This document shows, piece by piece, positions 13,690-26,843 of a DNA stretch of 64,000 nt. Within the stretch, counting starts at the first letter, position 1. Every line of letters starts with the position of its first letter. This DNA is from the human T2T-CHM13v2.0 reference genome, Homo sapiens. The notes beneath the pieces were generated by a model. That model was not told the DNA's origin. It searched no databases and worked only from the letters and a program-made list of their open reading frames with translations. Location of the stretch: the NCBI RefSeq assembly GCF_009914755.1, contig NC_060939.1; one strand, written 5' to 3'. Position numbers and translations under genes: made by a program.

Positions 13690-13840
13690 TCGGTCTGTGG
13701 ACCAGCAATTTCAGCATCACCTGGAAACTTGTTGGAAATGCAGAATCTTAAGTTAATCCAGACCTACGGACTTAGAATCTTCATGTTAATCAGATCCCGA
13801 GGTGAACTTGCATGCATACTAAATTTGGGGAAAGGCTTGC
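13690..13840. mobile_element. MER5A-like
   Basis: GGACCAGCAATTTCAGCATCACCTGGAAACTTGTTGGAAATGCAGAATCT. Confidence 0.75.
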
Positions 13841-15741
13841 CTAGAGGACTGGGACACCTGTCAACATTTGAAACCAGTAAGGTGGTGGTAACAAGGGCTG
13901 ATAACCTTTTTGAGGAATTGGAAGAGACGGAGGTCTGGGATTTGAACTCAAGTTTCTGGCTCCAAATTGAGTGCTCTACTCAAATCCTCTTGAACCTGTG
14001 GTCTTTCATCATCTCTGATGGCAGGGTGCTAGCTGTCCTTCTGTTAATGTTGACCCTGGAAGAATGATGCCCAGGGAGACAGGAGCATGTGTTTTTTGGC
14101 ACGACTGGGACCACCCAAATGTGTCACAATTCTTGGCATCCATTAACTCTGTCAGGACACCTTCTTCCTGTCCCTGGGTAAAGACTTACATTCAAATGTA
14201 AGAGTCAGCAACTTTGAGTTCTTGAAGACCTGTGGAGGTTTACATCATACCAGCAGTGGGTCCTTGAAAAAGTTGTTATATTTTTGTCCAAGGGCAGGAT
14301 CAGATGGAGTACAGTTTTTCTAATGCTCCCCTAGACTCTTAAATCCTCCTTCTCTAAGCACAATGTCAGAGGAAATACCCTGCGAGGCACTTGCCAAATG
14401 GCTTGAAATAAGCGTCCGTGCACATTTCTGAAAAGACAATTAGAAGCTTATTTGAGGAACTAAAGGCCTGCTGTGCTAGACATTAGTTGGAGAGAACTCA
14501 GTGCCAATTTGGGAAACTCTCCTGGGGGCTCTTTCTCATCACAGCCCCTGTTTGGAGAAGCTGAACTAGAGAAGTGGAGAGACTGCAAGGCTTGGGAGAG
14601 TGGAGGATAGGGAGGAGGGGAAGAGGGAGCGATGTGCCCTCGAGAAAAATGAACAATGCCAATGTCTCCTCCAGGGAGAATTGAAATCTTTGCAGGTAAA
14701 ATCAAGTGGAAAAGGGAAAGTCATTATAAGTTCATCAACACTTGAATTGTGTTGCTAGTTAGCACTGGTATCCTGGCCTTGGAAGACTCTTTAGCAAACT
14801 GAGCCCTCATGAGGTTAGTGCCCTGCCCAAGGTGACACATGGGGTTAGATATAAAGCCTGATCAGAATCCAGGGATCTTATTTAGTCCATGCACTGCCCC
14901 TTGTGCTCTGCTGCCTTGGAAGATGCTAAGAATGTAAAATTACAATGATTGGATCCAGATGTGCTGGCCCTGCCCCCACCCCCAAGCTAACATAGTGAGT
15001 TTTATTGCTAGTCCATCTGAAGTGTACAAGGCATAAAGATCAGGAAAGAAAAATCTCAAGCCAGTAAATATCCCTATTGTTGGGGATGCTATACCCGGCT
15101 GTTTCTCTTGGCTTGACGCGCCAGATAGAGCGACCTACGGAACACAGAACAGGGAAAACCTCTGCACTGTAAGTGGCAGGATGTTTGTGTTCAAAGTCAT
15201 GGCGTGAATTTATATGCTATTGCCAAGGTCTGCAGGGACAGGTGCACATTAAGTTTTTAAAATTAAATTGTAGAAAGGCTGAAACTTTACAGCGATTCTT
15301 GTAGCATGAGTAGGGGATCTGAAAGGGCTCCAGTGCAGAGGCATGGGGTGGATAGAGGCATTTTCTGTGATGAAACACCAGATTGCTTGTGCAGAAAATC
15401 TGAAGCCTTTGACATTTATGTTGCACAGTTCAGCAATAGATTACACATTGTCTTGGTTAAAAATGGTTTAATGTGTATGCCTATTTTATTTTTGTCCCCT
15501 AGATTGAGTTTTGAAGGCAGGAACCAAGCCCTTTATTTATCTGGCAGTCTGAGGGTATGGTAAATGATTGGAGCCATCTGGCTGCAGTGGTCAAGGGAGA
15601 TTGCCTTGGGAAGTTGAACTTGAGCTAGAGGCCAAGTGCACTGAATTTTGGTGTCTTTCCATGTGGTTTTGGCTGTGGCAGCTGGGCCATTACAACTTCA
15701 TAATCACATGTCATATTGGTTGAACTCAGTGAAGTGTTAGC

Positions 15742-15750
15742 AAAAAAAAA

Positions 15751-15781
<31 letters not shown>
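15742..15781. repeat. A run plus (TA)n microsatellite
   Basis: Directly visible. Confidence 0.9.
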
Positions 15782-15785
<4 letters not shown>

Positions 15786-16009
15786 GAGAAATTAAATCCT
15801 TTTAGATGATAGTAGGAACAAGTAAGTGGTGCTTGAGGTTTAATTTGATTTGAGAATGTGGGGGAGGAGAGTGAGCCTATGCTTTGATTTCAGTGGTAGA
15901 GCACTGGTGTTCCAAGGGGATTGTGTTTGAGAACCAGTGGGCTTAATCTTGCCACTGAATCCAGTAAGAAGCTAGTTTGTCCTTCAAGTAGAGGCTGAGG
16001 TGCTGTGTT

Positions 16010-16200
16010 CAGCAGGCTCCTCAAAGTGTAGTCCAGGACCAGTGGCAGCAGCAGTATCACCTGGGAACTTACTACAAATGCAAATTCTCCAACCTCACCC
16101 CCAAACTACTGAACCATACGCTCTGGGCTGGGGCTCAGGAACCGTTGTTTTAACAAGTTCTCAGGGGTGTTCTGCACACAGAGGTTTGAGAACCGCTGTC
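16010..16200. mobile_element. MER5A
   Basis: CTCAAAGTGTAGTCCAGGACCAG...ATCACCTGGGAACTTACTACAAATGCAAATTCTC...GTTTGAGAACCGCTG. Confidence 0.82.
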
Positions 16201-16485
16201 ATACAGTATGTAACAGCAAAAGTGATTTGGACGTTCAGTCTAGTGGGTCATTTCCCAAAGCATTTCATGTTTGGTTGCCTTCTTGTTCTGGTAACACAAG
16301 CCAAGTTGATGGGGGTAAATAAAGTTAGATTTCCACTAGTGCTTAGTAATAAATTAATGACAGCTCCAAGGTCTGGCTGGACGGAACCCTCGAGTCTACC
16401 TCCAACTTGGCTCTAAAAGCAGACTCTGGTTGTGACCCAAGGAGGAGTAAATAAAAGAATTTTTCCTGTCAAGCATGCCTTTTAA

Positions 16486-16790
<305 letters not shown>

Positions 16791-17605
16791 CAAGGATGCC
16801 TTTGATAGTCATGTTCCTATTAGGGACAGAGATGGACAGATTTCTGGGAGGAAAGGGTAGGAGAGGTGCCCGAACTGACTGACAGCCGTGCGAGTTTCTT
16901 CTGAGGAGACGTAGCAAGTGGCAGGGCTGAGACATGGATATGGATGTTTTTCACCTGTGTTCAGCTGGCTGCATGATAGCAAAAATGTTTGATGAACATT
17001 CTGCTGCTGAAAGGACTTTTTCATTGTAACAGTTGAAACAGAGCTCTCTGTTTAAGAAACGTTTCCTGGTGGAACAAATGATTCCAACTGAAACAAACTA
17101 AATGTTGAGATAGGATTTACTTTGACTTTGAGGGGAAAGAGGACAGCTAACAGTGCCCATTCATTTAACCCCTGCTTGCCCCATTCTGGGGAAACAGCAG
17201 CCCAACAAAACAGGAGTCCCGCTCTGCTGGGGTGACCCAAAGGAAGAGGCCCGCTGCCAGGCGCTCCTGGCACAGGGAACAGTGTGTTCCAAGGGTTGGG
17301 CCAGTGGGCTCACGGTCGCTGGGTCTGCTTCCTCTGTTTGGAATTTGTGGTCTTTGCAGTGTGTGAGGCTGAGAGATTGTCACTAAGCTATGTCCAGAGG
17401 TCCACGTGTCAAGTTTTAGGATCTCGGAGTTGTGGGGGGTAGCCCTCCATGTCCATGCAGTAAATCACATCATAAAACTTAAAGGGACCCTATTTTAGTT
17501 GAAGATGTAATTGGCTTAAAACTAATTTAAAGGGAGTCAGGTCTGGGTGGAAGTTGGGATGATTCTGTGAAGAATGTTGGGGAAATATAAATTAAAAACA
17601 AAGTT

Positions 17606-17910
17606 GGTTGGGCACAGTGGCTCATGCCTATAATCCCAGCATTTTGGGAGGCCAAAGTGGGAAGATCGCTTGAACTCAGGAGTCTGAGACCACCCAGGGG
17701 AACATGGGGAGACCCTGTCTCTACAAAAAATACAAAAATCAGCCAGGCATGGTGGCACATGCCTGTAGTCCCAGCTACTTGGGAAGCTGAGGCAGGAAGA
17801 TCACTTAAGCCCAGGAGGTCAAGGCTGCATTGAGCTGTGATCACCACTGCATTCCAACCTGGGTAACAGAGCAAGACTCTATCTCAAACAATAAATAAGT
17901 AGATTAATTA
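17606..17910 (+). mobile_element. AluJ
   Basis: J-type right arm (GGAAGATCACTTAAGCCCAGGAGGTCAAGGCTGC). TSD AATTAAAAACAAA. Confidence 0.92.
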
Positions 17911-17922
17911 ATTAAAAACAAA

Positions 17923-18265
17923 ATCCCTCTTCAGTCCAGAAAACCTCTCCACAAAGGTAGAAGAGAAAGAACACAATCTTATTATTGGCTAAGCTTTAAG
18001 CCAGAATGTGATGTGTATCACAGGCAATCTGCTAAAGGAATTGCAGAAAGGGAAAGAAATATTGCTCTTTTGTGTAGCTAAGTAGATACAACTCATTATA
18101 TTTATGTTTTCAAGATTAAATTGCTAAATTTGCCGTATCTTTGAGGCTGGAGGTAGGGTTTGCAATTTGGAGTCAGGTGACAGCTGAAGTTAGGCTCATT
18201 TCCTGCCCAGAATATAGCATTATCTTCCTTGATATTACATATCAAAGAGATGACTCTCAAGCCAT
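17923..18265 (-). mobile_element. Old ERV1 LTR fragment (MER89/MER90-like)
   Basis: AGAAAACCTCTCCACAAAGGTAGAAGAGAAAGAA...CCAGAATGTGATGTGTATCACAGGCAATC resembles this group. The name is recalled from memory. Confidence 0.45.
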
Positions 18266-20019
18266 TGCGAGAGAGGCTTATTTAGCATTTGGCCTGACAG
18301 GAGCCACCCTGCCCCTTTGCCCAGAGGAGGGTGGCTTGAATGTCTTGGAATTCAAGGCTTGCTCTGAGCTCATGAAGGCTCCTAGAAGACCGGGCTCTGC
18401 CTGCAGTAAGGGTGTTGATCTTTGATAATTACCTCCCCTTGCTGGCCTCAGGATTCTCACCTGAAAAATGAGGAGTTGGACTGGAGTGCTGTGATGCCAT
18501 GGCATGGGGGCTCTGTTCTCCTCCCCATTTCCCCAAGCTGCCATTTCTCCGCTTCCTATCTCCAGAACATCCCGGCCAGCAGTTGCCCAGTGGCTCAGAA
18601 GCCTAACAGATCTATTCCGCAGATCATCGAGTTACAGAGCAGCTTTTGGAGTTGACGTTGGGGAGTGCTGTGGAGATGGCGTCAGGTGTTAGGGCACCCT
18701 TTGGCAAGGTCACCTCCTCCTCCCCAAGGCATGAAGGTCTCTGGGGACAATTCTGCATCTGATAGTTGTCTAGTCCTTGCTCTTCCTATCTGGCTTATTC
18801 TGCCTCTATAATTTTATTTAAGTCATTTAATTTGCCTGTCGCCCTCTCCAGCGTGCTTCCTTCGGCATCTTTGTCCCTTCTTTGCTCTCCAGTCAGAATC
18901 AGGGAAAAATCTTTGTTTCCTCATCAGCTTCATTTCTGGGCTATCTCTAGAGGAAGTGGTAAGGCTTTACATGCTTTTTAGACCAAGCGTATTATGCTTC
19001 CTCTCATGCCAGAAGCAGCTTAGAAAATTGCTTTACCGTGTCCTCATTAAGGACTTTCCAAGAAACTTTGAGTTAAATGACAGTGTTCACATATAGAAAT
19101 GCCCTTTCAGATACTGCTTCAGTTACTTGATTCACCCTTGAATAACTGGATCAGAAAATTGTTTTCCCTGCCTGAGTCAGCCGTCCTGTGGGAACCTCAT
19201 ACTTTGCATCTGAGTTCAGGAAGAACTGAATCGAGTCTGCAAGGAGGTTTGTGAATTTAGAGCTAAGAAAAGCTTCTCAGGGCTACAGGCTCTGGTGGTA
19301 GAGATTACGTACTCTACTTGACTCTCAGCCACAACAGTGCCTGTGGACCAGGGGGCATTGAAGTAGCACCATTGGAGGAATTATGCATTCATTGGGACAG
19401 AAATGTAAAAGCTAGGCTTGTCAGGCCTTCCCCTCCCTTTTACCGCTCTGGTCCCTTTTCCCATCTCACATTCACTTTCAGAGCAGGGTGTGGTTGTCCG
19501 AATGCTTGGCTTTGCCACCTCTGGTCGCTTGCCCCCTGGCCTGTCTTAAGTTCTACCTGGTATTTAATGTAGAGAGGACACATGTTGCTTTTCCCCCGCT
19601 TATCCTTGGATCCTGATGTGGCAAGGTGAGGAAGGAAGGGTCTCCCTGGAAATAGCTGTGGACAAGTTCCCATTGTGACTAATCTCAGATTCTGTATCTA
19701 TTAAATCCACTTAATATGTGACCTACAAGATGGTAGAGACCAAATGGTTCAGTGGATGTTGTATGCTGGGTGCAGTGGTTGACCCACAGTGGGGGCTCTG
19801 GGAATCTGCCTCCCCCGCTTTCTCTTGGTGAGTCCTCCTCTCTCCCAGTTGTGCCTGGTACACTCCCACTCATCCTTAAGACACAACATTGCAATGATAG
19901 ACTATTCTAGAATCAACACAAATCCCTCATGATTTTGTCCTTTGAGTTGCTCTTATAGCTTCTGATAATTAAGAAAGGAAAGCATTTGGTGTGGAATAAC
20001 TTGGAAAGAGAAATCCTTA

Positions 20020-20940
20020 GACCTCTGTTGTCACTGCCCAGAATGGTTATTGAACACTTGAATTGTGGCTGGTGGGACTGGGGAGCTGAATTTCTGATTT
20101 TATTTTATTCAAATTTAAAACTAGTTATTGGAAAATGTCTCACGTGTCCGTATGAAGAGAACACCAAACAGGCTTTGTGTGAGCAACAAGGCTGTTTATT
20201 TCACCTGGGTGCAGGTGGGATGAGTCAGAAAAGAGAGTCAGTAAAAGGTGGTTGGATTATCATTAGTTCTTATAGGTTTTGAGATAGGCGCTGGAGTTTG
20301 GAGCAATGTTTTGCTGGCAGGGGCTGGATCTCACAAAGTACATTCTCAAGGGTGGGGAGAATGATAAAGAACCTTCTTAAGGGTGGGGGAGATTACAAAG
20401 TACATTGATCAGTTAGGGTGGGGCAGAAGCAAATCACAATGGTGGAATGTCATCAGTTAAGACTATTTTCACTTCTTTGTGGATCTTCAGTTGCTTCAGG
20501 CCATCTGGATGTATATATGCAGGTCACTGGGGATATGATGGCTTAGCTTGGGCTCAGAGGCCTGACAGAAAACTTTTAAGTACATTTGGAATAACTTGGG
20601 TATGTGAATCAGCTTTTTCAGCTATAAATGTTATGAGATCAAAATAAAGATCAAGCACTTCCGATGAAGATTTAGCATTCAGATTGAGATATGTGCTGTA
20701 AATGTAAAACACACACCAGATTTCAAAGGCTTGGCAAACAAAAAAAGAATATAAACTATTCCACTAATTTTTATATTGGTTACATGTTGAAATGATAATA
20801 TTTTAGATATATTGAGTTAAATAAAATATATTATTAAAAGTAATAAGTTCACATGTTTCTTTTTATGTTTTAAAACGTGGCTACTGGAAAATTTAAAATC
20901 ACATACACAGCTCACATTATATTTCTATTGGACAGTGTTG
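20020..20940. mobile_element. MER33/Charlie-type hAT element split by LTR7
   Basis: GAACACTTGAATTGTGGCTGGTG on the left. On the right, ACACACCAGATTTCAAAGGCTTG...TATTTCTATTGGACAGTG. Confidence 0.7.
20136..20567 (-). mobile_element. Solo LTR7 (HERV-H LTR)
   Basis: The reverse strand begins TGTCAGGCCTCTGAGCCCAAGCTAAGCCATCATATCCCC. 5-bp TSD GAAAA at 20131-20135 and 20568-20572. Confidence 0.93.
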
Positions 20941-21225
20941 CCCTAGGCCTTGGCCTGTCTAAAACTGGCTTAAAGGCCACAAGACAGCTGTTGGTGCTGG
21001 AAGTTCCTGGAGAGTGATGCTTTCTGGAGTCTTCCTTAGTGATCTGCCTACATTATGTATCAGAGCTGCCACTACAAATAGGAACTATTGGAGCACCCTC
21101 CTGACCTTAATACGATACCTCTGGGAGCAAGTTGGAGAGAGCACCTTTTTCTAGAAAGGTTGCACTGAAGAACCTTTGAAGAAGAAAGGTTAGAAAATTG
21201 CTTTACCTCTGAAGAAGCAGAGGTC

Positions 21226-21509
21226 TTTTTTTTTTGGGTGGGGGGAGGGGTTGATGGGGACAGTCTTCCTCTGTCACCCAGGCTGGAGTGCATTGGCTCA
21301 CTGCAGCCTCGACCTGCTGGGCTCAAGCTGTCCTCCTGCGTCATCCTCCTAAGCAGCTGGGACTACAGGTGCACCCCACCAGACCTGGCTAATTTTTGTA
21401 TTTTTAGTAGACCATGTAGCCCAGGCTGATCTCAAACTCCTGGGCTCAAGCAATCCTCCCACCTTGGCCTCCCAAGGTGCTGGGATTACAGGCGTGAGCC
21501 ACAGTGCCC
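21226..21509 (-). mobile_element. AluJ, diverged
   Basis: Reverse Alu with J diagnostics. Confidence 0.85.
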
Positions 21510-21940
21510 CTCCTGAACTCTATTTCTTGACAACCCAAGGGGCATCTTATCCCTGTTAGGTTTACTTCCTCAAAGATGGGCTTCTGCCAGGGCTCTTTGA
21601 GATTCCCTGTTGATCCCACTTTGCTTTGTTCTTATTTCTTATGTTAGGACCTCAACTGAAGAACAATAACACCAATCAGCCTTATAAAACTGGGAAATTA
21701 AAAGTGCTGACTTACTTTATAGTAGACTTCCTGAAAGCTGTGTGGTCTAGAATTTAATGTATTCATAGTGGAGTGGTGGGCTGGCATCAACTAATGGAAT
21801 TGTATTTAAAATTTTTAAATGCTTAATTTAAAAGATAAGACTGTTTGTGTTAAATATTTTCATAGAATTTCATGTCATTTTGGATGGTAATGATTAACCA
21901 GTCCAGATTTTTCAAAAATTGACATTATGTTAATAGGTGA

Positions 21941-22924
<984 letters not shown>

Positions 22925-23064
22925 CCTACTTGGTGTTTTTTAAGCATAGAGAGGGGTGTAAAATGTCATTTTACTAGGGGGCAGGTTAACACAGCTGTAC
23001 CTTTATGTACATATGAAGGAAAACAACTTGAGGTTGTATAAGGAACTTAAAATGAGTGTTGTTC

Positions 23065-23417
23065 GTGGAATACTATACAGCCATAAAAAAGAATGAGATC
23101 ATGTCCTTTGCAGGAACACAGGTGGAGCTGGAGGCCATTATCCTTAGCAAACTAATGCAGGAACAGAAAACCAAATACCATATGTTCTCACTTATAAGTG
23201 GGGACTAAATGATGAGGACATATGGACATATAGAGGGGAAAACACACTCTGGGGCCTATTGGAGGGTAGGGGGTGGGGGGAGAGAGAGGATCAGAGAAAA
23301 TAACCCAGGCTTGATGCTGCGGTTATGAAATAGTCTGTACAGCAAACCCCCGTGACACAAGTTTACCTGTATAACAAATTTGCACATGTAACCCTGAACT
23401 TAAAAGTTAAATAAAAT
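23065..23417 (+). mobile_element. L1PA (older primate) 3' end
   Basis: GGAATACTATACAGCCATAAAAAAGAATGAGATCATGTCCTTTGCAG...CCTGAACTTAAAAGTTAAATAAA. Confidence 0.88.
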
Positions 23418-23567
23418 TACAGGGGGAAATTTCTTTTTAGCAATATTAAGTCTTCTGACTTAAGCAAGAAAAAAAAGTGAGTGTTGCTGAGGGTAGCGTT
23501 AGGAGGAATTATTACTGCATTGGATAAGATTTTAGGGAATCATTCTTTGTGTCAGACTTGCCTATCG

Positions 23568-23835
23568 GGCCAGGTGCAGTAGCTCACACCTGTAATCCCA
23601 GCACTTTGGGAGGCCGAGGCAGGTGGATCACCTGAGGTCTGGAGTTCGAGACCAGCCTGACTAACATGGTGAAACCCCGTCTGTACTAAAAATACAAAAT
23701 TAGCCGGGCCTGGTGGCACATGTCTGTAATCTCTGCTACTCGGGAGGCTGAGGCAGGAGAATCAGCCGTTGCACTCCAGCCTGGGCAACAAGAGCAAAAC
23801 TCTGTCTCAAAAAAAAAAAAAAAAAAAAAAAAAAA
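23568..23835 (+). mobile_element. AluS with ~40-nt right-arm deletion
   Basis: GGAGAATCAGCCGTTGCACTCC junction. TSD AGACTTGCCTATC at 23554-23566 and 23835-23847. Confidence 0.92.
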
Positions 23836-24701
23836 GACTTGCCTATCAAAGTGTTTCTCAAAGTGCAGTCCAGGCATCAACCCTCATCAGAGGTGAATCA
23901 CCTAAGATGTTGTTTAAAGTGCAGATGTCGTGGATGGAGATAAGGCCCAGGAATGTGAATTTTTAAAACTTCTGTATTCCCTAAATGGACACACTGATGG
24001 GCACATGACTTCAGATTGTTTCTTGTGCAGAAGAATTAAAGCAGTTAGTTGCTATTAATATAAAATTATAGTTTTTACTGTATTACAGTAATTGTCTACC
24101 CAAATTATCTGAGCATTAGGCCATTTACTATGCAGCTTTTCAGACCAAGACAGAGTTGAGAGGAGCCCCGGAGGTCTCCAGATCGAAGGTACCAGGGATA
24201 CCTTCTCTTAAGAGTGTCTACCCTTGGTCCTTATCCCATCTCCTGGCACTCCAGCAGCAATGCAGAAATGCCTTCCACAGGAAGGCTCCAGAACCACTCC
24301 CATCCCTCTGCCATCTTTAATCAACCCATCTTCAACTCCTCCTATGTGTGGTTTCTGGATTTTTCACCTTCTTGATTCCATCCTTTGGAGACTGGTTTTC
24401 AGTTCTGGCTGCTCAGAAACACTTGTGGAAACTCGTAAGCTGGTGATGCCTGGACCCCTCTCCTGGAGATGCTGATTTAGCTTGCCTGGAGCAGAACATG
24501 GGTGCTGTTTTTGAACACCGGTATTGGGAGACCACCCAATCACTCAGACAAGCCCACAGACAGCTTCCTTTGGAGGCCCCTGCATGGTCTGCACAGTGTA
24601 GTGCAGCCTGCAGCTGGCTTCTCCCAGGGGGAAGAGGTTATCCTGATGCTGCCCAGGATCACATTAGCTCTAGGATCACGTTAGCTCTTAAAAAGTCATT
24701 G

Positions 24702-24996
24702 GGACCTGGTGCGGTGGCTCACGCCTGTAATCCCAGCACTTTGGGAGGCCAAGGCAGGTGGATTGCTTGAGCTCAGGGGTTCAAAACCAGCCTGGGCAAC
24801 ATGGCGACACCTCGTCTCTACAAAAAAATTATCTGGGCATGGTGGCGTGAGCTTGTAGTCCCAGCTACTTGGGGGGCTGAGGCAGGAGGATCACCTGAGC
24901 CTGGGAGGTCGAGGTTGTGCCATTGTACTCCAGCCCAGGTGATAGAGTGAGACCCTTTTTTAAAAAACAAAACAAAACAAAACAACAACAACAAAA
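24702..24996 (+). mobile_element. AluJ
   Basis: Dimeric Alu with (CAAAA/CAA)n tail. TSD AAAAAGTCAYTGGG. Confidence 0.9.
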
Positions 24997-25019
24997 AGTC
25001 ACTGGGGAGAAGGGTATGA

Positions 25020-25483
<464 letters not shown>

Positions 25484-25594
25484 TAAGACATCAAATTCAG
25501 GGCTTTAATTGACTCTGCTTTCATTTGGTAACTTTCCCTCTTTTCAAAGGCTGACTAATGTTAACGTTAATTGCAACTAGATGTAATCTGGGTA

Positions 25595-25790
25595 GCAAAA
25601 TGGTTAGACATTAGAGCTCTGCACAGGGATCTGAATCCTGGTTCAGACATGGACTTGCTGTGAAGCATCGCATAAGTTCCTAACTGTCCATGCCTCGGTT
25701 TTTTTATTTGTAAATATGGATAATAATAGTAACTACCTCAGTGGGTTGTGGTGGGATTGAGACATTGCATATATGAGGCACATAGCATGG
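25595..25790 (+). mobile_element. MIR
   Basis: TGAATCCTGGTTC...GCCTCGGTTT...TGTAAATATGGATAATAATAGTAACTACCTCA. Confidence 0.72.
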
Positions 25791-26231
25791 AGCCTTAAGC
25801 CTAAAGATGGTAGTGATTGGGGTGGTTGTGGGGAGCCCACTCGTGTCATGATTTGCTGTACCCTACGCTCCCTTTGAGGGCCATGGATGAAGCTTTTCTT
25901 AAGGGAGGCAGCTGGCATTGTGAGTGGCTGAAGAAAGGAGAAAGGAATGAGACGCGGAGTGGTGAAGGCCTCAGGTAGGCTTGCTCCTGTCTTCCTTGAG
26001 TGAGATCTGCAGTGGGTAGGGAAGGATGGCTCCGGTGTCAGCAAACAGCAAGAACACTGTACTTGTCTGTGTACACGCACCTCCACCTGCATCTCTTGCT
26101 TTCTCCTGGGACTAGACCAAGCGTCTTGCTGCTGACTGCTCATTAGGCTCACCTGGGAGCTTTTAATCCACACCAGGGCCTAGCCCCATCGCACACAAGT
26201 TGAACCTGAAACTGCCGTCCAGGCATCCCTA

Positions 26232-26843
26232 TTTTTCTTTTTCCTTTTTTTTTGTTTTTTTGAGATAGAGTCTTTCTCTGTCACCCAGGCTGGAGTCTAG
26301 TGGCCCAATCTTGGCTCACTGCAATCTCTGCCTCCCTGGTTCAAGCAGTTCTCCTGCCTCAGCCTCCTGAGTAGCAGGGACCACAGGTGCATGCCACCAT
26401 GCCTGGCTAATTTTTGTATTTTTAGTAGAGGTGGGGTTTCACTGTGTTGGCCAGGCTGGTCTTGAACTCCTGGTCTCAAATGATCTACTCACCTTGGCCT
26501 CCCGCAGTGTTGGCATCACAGGCATGAGCCACCGTGCCTGGCCTTTTTTTTTTTTTTTTTTAAGAGATAGTCTTGCTTTGTCACCCAGGCTGGAGTGCAG
26601 TGGCCTGATCTCGGCTCACTGCAGCCTCTGCCTCCCCAGTTCAAGTGATTCTCCTGCCTCAGCCTCCTGAGTAGCTGGGACCACAGGGGCCTGCCACCAT
26701 GCCTGGCTAATTTTTGTATTTTTAGTAGAGGCGGGGTTATGCTGTGTTGGCCAGGCTGGTCTCGAACTCCTGGCTTCAAGTGATCCGCTTGCCTCTGCCT
26801 CCTGAAGTGCTGGGATTACAGGTTTGAGCCACTGTACCCAGCC
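26232..26843 (-). mobile_element. Two head-to-tail Alus (26232-26542 and 26543-26843) inside a MER5 fragment
   Basis: Exact 300-bp period. A single flanking TSD-like CCCTATTT. Confidence 0.92.
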
